Source of the DNA: the human T2T-CHM13v2.0 reference genome, Homo sapiens | Length of the DNA: 64,000 nucleotides | Strand: one strand, 5' to 3' | Assembly (NCBI RefSeq): GCF_009914755.1 | Contig: NC_060934.1 | Part shown: positions 55,828-64,000 of the stretch, in pieces | Layout of the letters: each line of letters begins with the position of its first letter | How positions within the stretch are numbered: position 1 is the first letter of the stretch | Notes under the pieces: generated by a model | The model's input: the letters and a program-made list of their open reading frames with translations, nothing else | Told to the model about the DNA's origin: nothing | Database searches by the model: none | Program-made: the position numbers and the translations under genes

Positions 55828-57360
55828 AGAGTATTTTCTTTCTGTTAGGTACATGAAATGATTCAGGCTCATCTTCTTTTTCTCCCAATCTCCGACTAGG
55901 AATCATCCCTGGTCCCCTTTTTTGTGGATAGTATTTAGGAAATAATAACTTGGCAGTTGGTGTGTTTACTGTTACTGAGCTGTGACTGCATTTATGTCCT
56001 CTCGGTAGAATGAATCACAAAATATATGTATATGGGCACACCCAACAATTTCTCTATTGTTCCTATGTATTTAAAAGATATGAGTTCTATTCTAATCCCA
56101 CACTCCAGGTTTTCTAGCTCTCCTCATTCCTATTTCTACAAATACCTTCTCTAACAGGGAGAAACCTTGCCATCATCATTCTCAACATATTTGCTCAGTG
56201 GTACCAATCTCTTAACAATGCTGCCCATCTCCTCCCCCTGTCCCTTCCACACCTCACCCTCAGCCCTCTTGGTGCCAGCAGACACATAGCCACAACTCCT
56301 CTCATCCCACAATGCAGGTCTAACTCCTCCACTCTGGGAAGGGAAGGCAAAAGAGACACATAAAAACTCAAAGAGGGGAATCAAAAGAAAGAGGAAGGGA
56401 AGGCCACATTGATTTTTTAAAAAATAATAAATCATCTTTTGATTGCCCTAATAAACATCTCTTGGTGATGATACAGTTTATGGATATGACTAGACTTTTT
56501 TTTTCAATTTTAGGATTTTGCATCTAAATCTATGAGACTTTGGTCTATAGCTTTATGTTTTTTGTTTGTTTGTTTGTTTTATTGGTTTTGGTATCAAGGT
56601 TGCACTGGCCTGAAAAACTGAATTGGAAAAGTTCCAACTTTTTTCTTCTAGAAGAGTTTATAAAAGCCTGGTATGCTTTATTTATTAAATATTTGGAATA
56701 ACTTCAGTGGAGCCATCTGTCCTAGAGTTTTCTTTCTAAGCAAGTTTTTGAATATTCCACTCAGATATTGTTTGCAGTTGTGACAAGGCACAATGAATCT
56801 CTGGTATGACCTTGTTTCCAGGGCTTTTACTGATGGCATGTTCATGAAAGGACCAACCCACTGGCACTTCCTAAGGTCTAATCATTTCTCCTCCATATTG
56901 CAAAATGCAAAACAAAACAAAAATCCTACTTGTTTTCTTCTCAAATTAGCTTTTCAGCCTCCTGCCCTATGCAGCATGAGATATCTGGAAATTTCTTGAG
57001 AAATTATGTGTTTGAAGCCCCTAATGTATCCATTTTTTTTTAATTGCAGTCTTGATTGTTCTCCTGGTTTCTGGTCCCCCCCATGCCTTCCCCTGACCCC
57101 CAGGGTATGGCCCTCTGCCTGAACCAAGTTCAGTATTCAGGTTCTTCCCTATAGCCAGAAGTGGAAAGGGTCCCCAGAGCAAAGAGCTGCATTCTGTGCA
57201 TGTGCTTTCTGGGATTTACCACTCTCTAGAATTTTGCTCCTTTAGTTCTCTTTGCTTCTATAGCAATAAGTTGCATTTAAATATTTTTTGTAATTTTATA
57301 GTTGTCCTCAATCAGTCCATTCTGCTGCCGACTACTATACCTTACCCAATAGCAAAATCT

Positions 57361-57642
57361 ATTTTTTTTTTAAAGTGTCTGTCACTCAGGCTGGAGTGCA
57401 GTGGCATGATCTCAGCTCAATGAAACCTCCAACTCCCAGGTTCAAGTGATCCTCCCACCTCAGCCTCTCTAGTAGCCGGGACTACAGATGTGCGCAATCA
57501 TGCCTGGCTAATTTTTGTATTTTTAGTAGAGACAGGGTTTCATCATGTTGGCCAGGCTGGTCTGGAACTCCTGACCTCAGGTCTTGCCCACCTCAACCTC
57601 CCAAAGTACTGGGATTACAGGTGCAAGCCACCATGCTCAGCC
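57361..57642 (-). mobile_element. Alu, antisense
   Basis: aggctggagtgcagtggc...ctgggattacaggtgcaagccacc. Confidence 0.88.
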
Positions 57643-58212
57643 TATTTGTGCTTTTTCAAAGCCCCATATTTAAGTTATATCTCTATATACATTTTAAAAA
57701 GTTATATCACCTATGAAAAATGTATTTCACTTTGGAGAGAAATAGAGTTGGGTACAATAAGTCACTCACAGCAGAATGTCCTGGCTTATGTGTTGGACAT
57801 CTGCTAGGGCAGAAACCACCAGAAATCTGGACCCACTCTCTTCTACTAATCCTCTTAAGCTGCATACAAGGCAAGTTGACTTGCCCCCTTGATCCACCAT
57901 TCTGAGACGGGTCACCCAAAATTAGTCTGCCCCAGGATTATTCAAAAATCCTGCTGGTGGGCTCCTGTCCTATGGCCCCAGATTAAGGGTCTCTTTCTTC
58001 CTGGACATACAAAAGCACTCTTGCTTATGGTTCCCTTTGCTAAAAACTCTTCCCTTATTTTACATATGGCTAAGCAATACATCTTTGACCTAGTTATAGT
58101 CATTGGCTCCAGCGTGGCATCTTTTCAAGTGTCAGAAAACAGCAGTCTTGACAATGAACTGAACTGGATATAAGCAAAGTAAAATGCTATTTCTCAATAA
58201 AAACCTTTTTTT

Positions 58213-58565
<353 letters not shown>

Positions 58566-58661
58566 TTAAATTTAGATTTTAACCTAAAGTGTCCACACAT
58601 TGGATACAGTTAAAAATACTTTCTCACTATCTGATGTTCACTAAGAAGGTACTTCTTATTA

Positions 58662-58877
<216 letters not shown>

Positions 58878-59238
58878 TCAGATATTCTGTGAAACTGTAG
58901 TAGTAGCAAAAAAATGCATCCCTTCTCAACTTACGGATGTTGAGCCAGGTTTCACCCTGTGTGAACTCTCTGATGTTTACTGAGGTGTGGCATTGAGCAA
59001 AATGTTTCCTATATTCATTCACCAATAAGTGTTTTTCACTTTTAGTTCTTAAACATAATCTATGGCCCAAATCCCAGAATAATGTTTTCCTGCATTCCAT
59101 ATCTTCATATTGTTTTTTCCCTCTTTAAGTTCTCTTCTCTACTGTGAGAACTGACTTCAGGGCAAAGGTGTTCTCATTATCATTATATTAACAGATTTCT
59201 CTCACCCTTTATGTTCTCTGCTCTACAAAGTTCTGACT

Positions 59239-60671
<1,433 letters not shown>

Positions 60672-60904
60672 CTGAAATACAGAGTGACAAGAAAGATTAG
60701 TTGACAAGGATATGTAAGAGAACTGAAGTTAGCATTATGTTTGAAGGCTCAGTTTAAGCCATTATCTCCTCACACCTACATTATGACAACAATGTGCACA
60801 CTTCCAGTCTTATACCTCTTTTCAACTCAACACAGCAGCAACAAATCAAATTTCTAAAAGTTCTAATTCATAGATAGTCCTATAATCCAGGCTCCAATTG
60901 TGTG

Positions 60905-61203
<299 letters not shown>

Positions 61204-61853
61204 AATTGTTTTTCTAGCTCTGATTCACTAGGAATAAAAGTATGCAACAATAAGAGTGAAATCAATGAGTGAACAAGTCATCGTTGCCACAGGATCAGGC
61301 TTATGGTTCTATTCCGGCTATGGGATTTGCCCTTTATTCCATCAACTGTACTATATTATACTGAGTCCAATGTTCCAAGAACAAACACTTTTTTTTTAAC
61401 AAGGTATCACTGAAGTAGACATATCTTTACGTTTAGATTCAGATTAGAACCAAGCCATTCTTTTACAAGTCTATAATGAATGTAATTCACTCTAGGTAAG
61501 TTCATCTGTTTGTCCCTCATAAATTGCTCATTCCCATCATAATTTTATACTGATTTTTTTTTCATTGTCAGCTTACAGTCTAACAATGTTTTTAAAAAGT
61601 TGCCTTCCCAAATTTTCCCACCACTTCCAGATTCATTTACTAAAAAACATGAAAGGACCATTTGTATAATTCATTTAAGCACAAACATCAGCTGGATTGC
61701 TATAACAATATTCTTTGTTAAACACTGAATTTTAAAATATTTCATGCAGTTCTGTTTTCGTTCACCAACTACGTTCCTGGCAGCCATTACTTTACCTATG
61801 ATTTTCTCTCAGTGCCCTACATAGATATTTATATCATGGTACCTAATAAATAA

Positions 61854-62270
<417 letters not shown>

Positions 62271-62753
62271 TATTTTAAAATAATTCTGTAAAAAAATGTG
62301 AATATGGTAGAATGCTAACGAATGAGCAACTCAAAAAAGCATGTATAGAAAAATATATTTAATATTTTATAGAAGGAGGGATGCTCTTGAATGGGAAGAC
62401 CACACGAGGGAGCTTTCCAGGGGTGCTGAAAAACACTCTATATATTCATCTCAATGATGGATACATGAGTGTCTCATATATATATATACACACATATATA
62501 TTTAATTTTATTAAGCTGTGACTTAACTATATAATTTATATCACAATTAAAAAAAAAGATGTGTGTATGGAAGTGATACTGGGAGATGCTGGGTGATTAA
62601 GAGCCACTGGATATTTGGGTCATGTCAACATGTTACTTCCAAAGGTCTAGAGCCTCTAAAATATGATTCCTGAAGAACATTTCAATGGTCTTATTATCTG
62701 AACTTACCCTTTGTGATCTGCCTACCTTTAAATTCCATCTGGCACTAACTCAC

Positions 62754-62849
62754 CCAGATGACTCTGGCTTCGAAATTTTTCCTCTAATATCCATGGCTCC
62801 TTGCCTGTCTCCAATTTGAGGATCACTTCTGGTTTAGGAATGCAATACC
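62754..62849 (-). pseudogene. ZNF37BP: KRAB-B exon (96 bp)
   Basis: cacag|GG TAT TGC ATT...: YCIPKPEVILKLETGKEPWILEEKFRSQSHL, then |gtgagt. Confidence 0.9.
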
Positions 62850-62943
62850 CTGTGAATGATGCAATACCCTGTGAATGAGAATTATATTACTTCTGACAAA
62901 CTGGGTGGGTTTCCCTGAAGGAGGAAGACAGTATACCCCAAAC

Positions 62944-62946
<3 letters not shown>

Positions 62947-62976
<30 letters not shown>
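62947..62976. repeat. (CA)n microsatellite
   Basis: Direct reading. Confidence 0.95.
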
Positions 62977-62978
<2 letters not shown>

Positions 62979-63157
62979 CATTTAATCCTGTCGTGGGGCA
63001 GAGGAAAATATTCTTTCTGGTATCCAAAAGGGATACATTGTCTCTGACCTCTAAATTTCAAAGCTAAATGTTATATTTTACAAAATTTCCACAAGTTTCT
63101 ATCGATAAGAAAGGACATGCATTCTGGCCTTCTACATGGGAAACAATTCCTACCTAC

Positions 63158-63284
63158 CTACTGAGACAAGGTGGCTGTAGTTCTCCAGCATCACATTCCT
63201 CTACAGGGTCCTCTGAGCAGGGTCCAGATGATGCCACTCCTCTTGAGTGAAGCCCATAGTCACATCCCTAAATGACACTGATCC
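63158..63284 (-). pseudogene. ZNF37BP: KRAB-A exon (127 bp) with in-frame stop
   Basis: ccag|[41 protein letters not shown]|gtagg; TAG at 63201-63203. Confidence 0.92.
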
Positions 63285-63855
63285 CTGGAAAATCACAGTT
63301 CTGCTCAGTCTGATGCAATAAGAATCAGCTGATGTGAGACAAGATGTTTAGGGACTAATTCTTACAATTTTTGTTGTTGAAAATTAAATAGAAAATGTTA
63401 TAAAGGGCCTCCATGATATATGTTGTTTTATGTTACACATTGTGGGTAAAAGATCATAGCAGAAATATCCTGTTGGTGAATTAATTACTTAATGCAAAAG
63501 TATTTAGTACCTACATGTGCCTAGAGCTTTCTTAGTTTCTGAGTATTCCAATTTGAATACAAGAGTCTTCCTTACAAGAGAGGAACATACCTTCTCATAA
63601 GGAAACATACATACAGAGACATATCTACCACAGGACTTAAAGGACTCACACCACAGATATGTGCAACACAGATGGATCATAAAAGTGTTCTGGGCAAATT
63701 CATGTGAGAGTGTGTCAACATATTAGACTTCACTGAAGTGATAAAACTTTAGTTCCTTTGCAAACATATAACAAAAACTTAAGAAAACGTTAAAAACCTG
63801 AAAAAATATGTGGCAAGTCAATGGAATTGCTTAACAGGATAACAGCATGTCTTAC

Positions 63856-63899
63856 CTGTGATGAGATAAAGGTTGCAGAGGCATGGGAGATGAGGGAGA
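63856..63899 (-). other. Candidate 44-bp upstream exon of the ZNF pseudogene
   Basis: tttcctag| ... TTTATCTCATCACAG|gtaaga; ends F-I-S-S-Q, reminiscent of the ZNF37A start MITSQ. Confidence 0.4.
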
Positions 63900-64000
63900 C
63901 TAGGAAATACTTTTGGCTTTAATCCTGTTAGTGTTCTCCAAATATTTATCACTCTTCTAATCCATAAAAATGTTTAGCAACTACTAGTTTAGTTTATATT

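Overview
Primate, almost certainly human, repeat-rich genomic DNA with no intact protein-coding gene. From left to right: old L1, LTR and Alu debris (1-14.7 kb), including an HML-6 solo LTR and a tailless U6 copy. A CpG-rich CCAAT/TATA promoter and first exon on + (14.7-16 kb), whose 3' part has been copied 1.57 kb downstream into an L1 to form a complete candidate cassette exon. A tight cluster of three defective HERV-K(HML-3)/MER9 proviruses (26070-34148 +, 34445-41765 +, 45614-50280 -) that form a nested deletion series. L1/MaLR sequence (51-57 kb). The 3' exons of a disabled KRAB-C2H2 gene on - (59.2-63.9 kb) matching ZNF37A, i.e. probably ZNF37BP. From recalled gene order this is the 10q11.21 CCNYL2-LINC00839-ZNF37BP interval; this was not verified. 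I see no evidence of a new enzyme-encoding system. The best leads are exon birth by templated insertion with a possible dual-frame ORF, recurrent locally templated insertions, and the HML-3 deletion series. Repeat subfamily names are from recalled consensus sequences and need RepeatMasker/Dfam confirmation.
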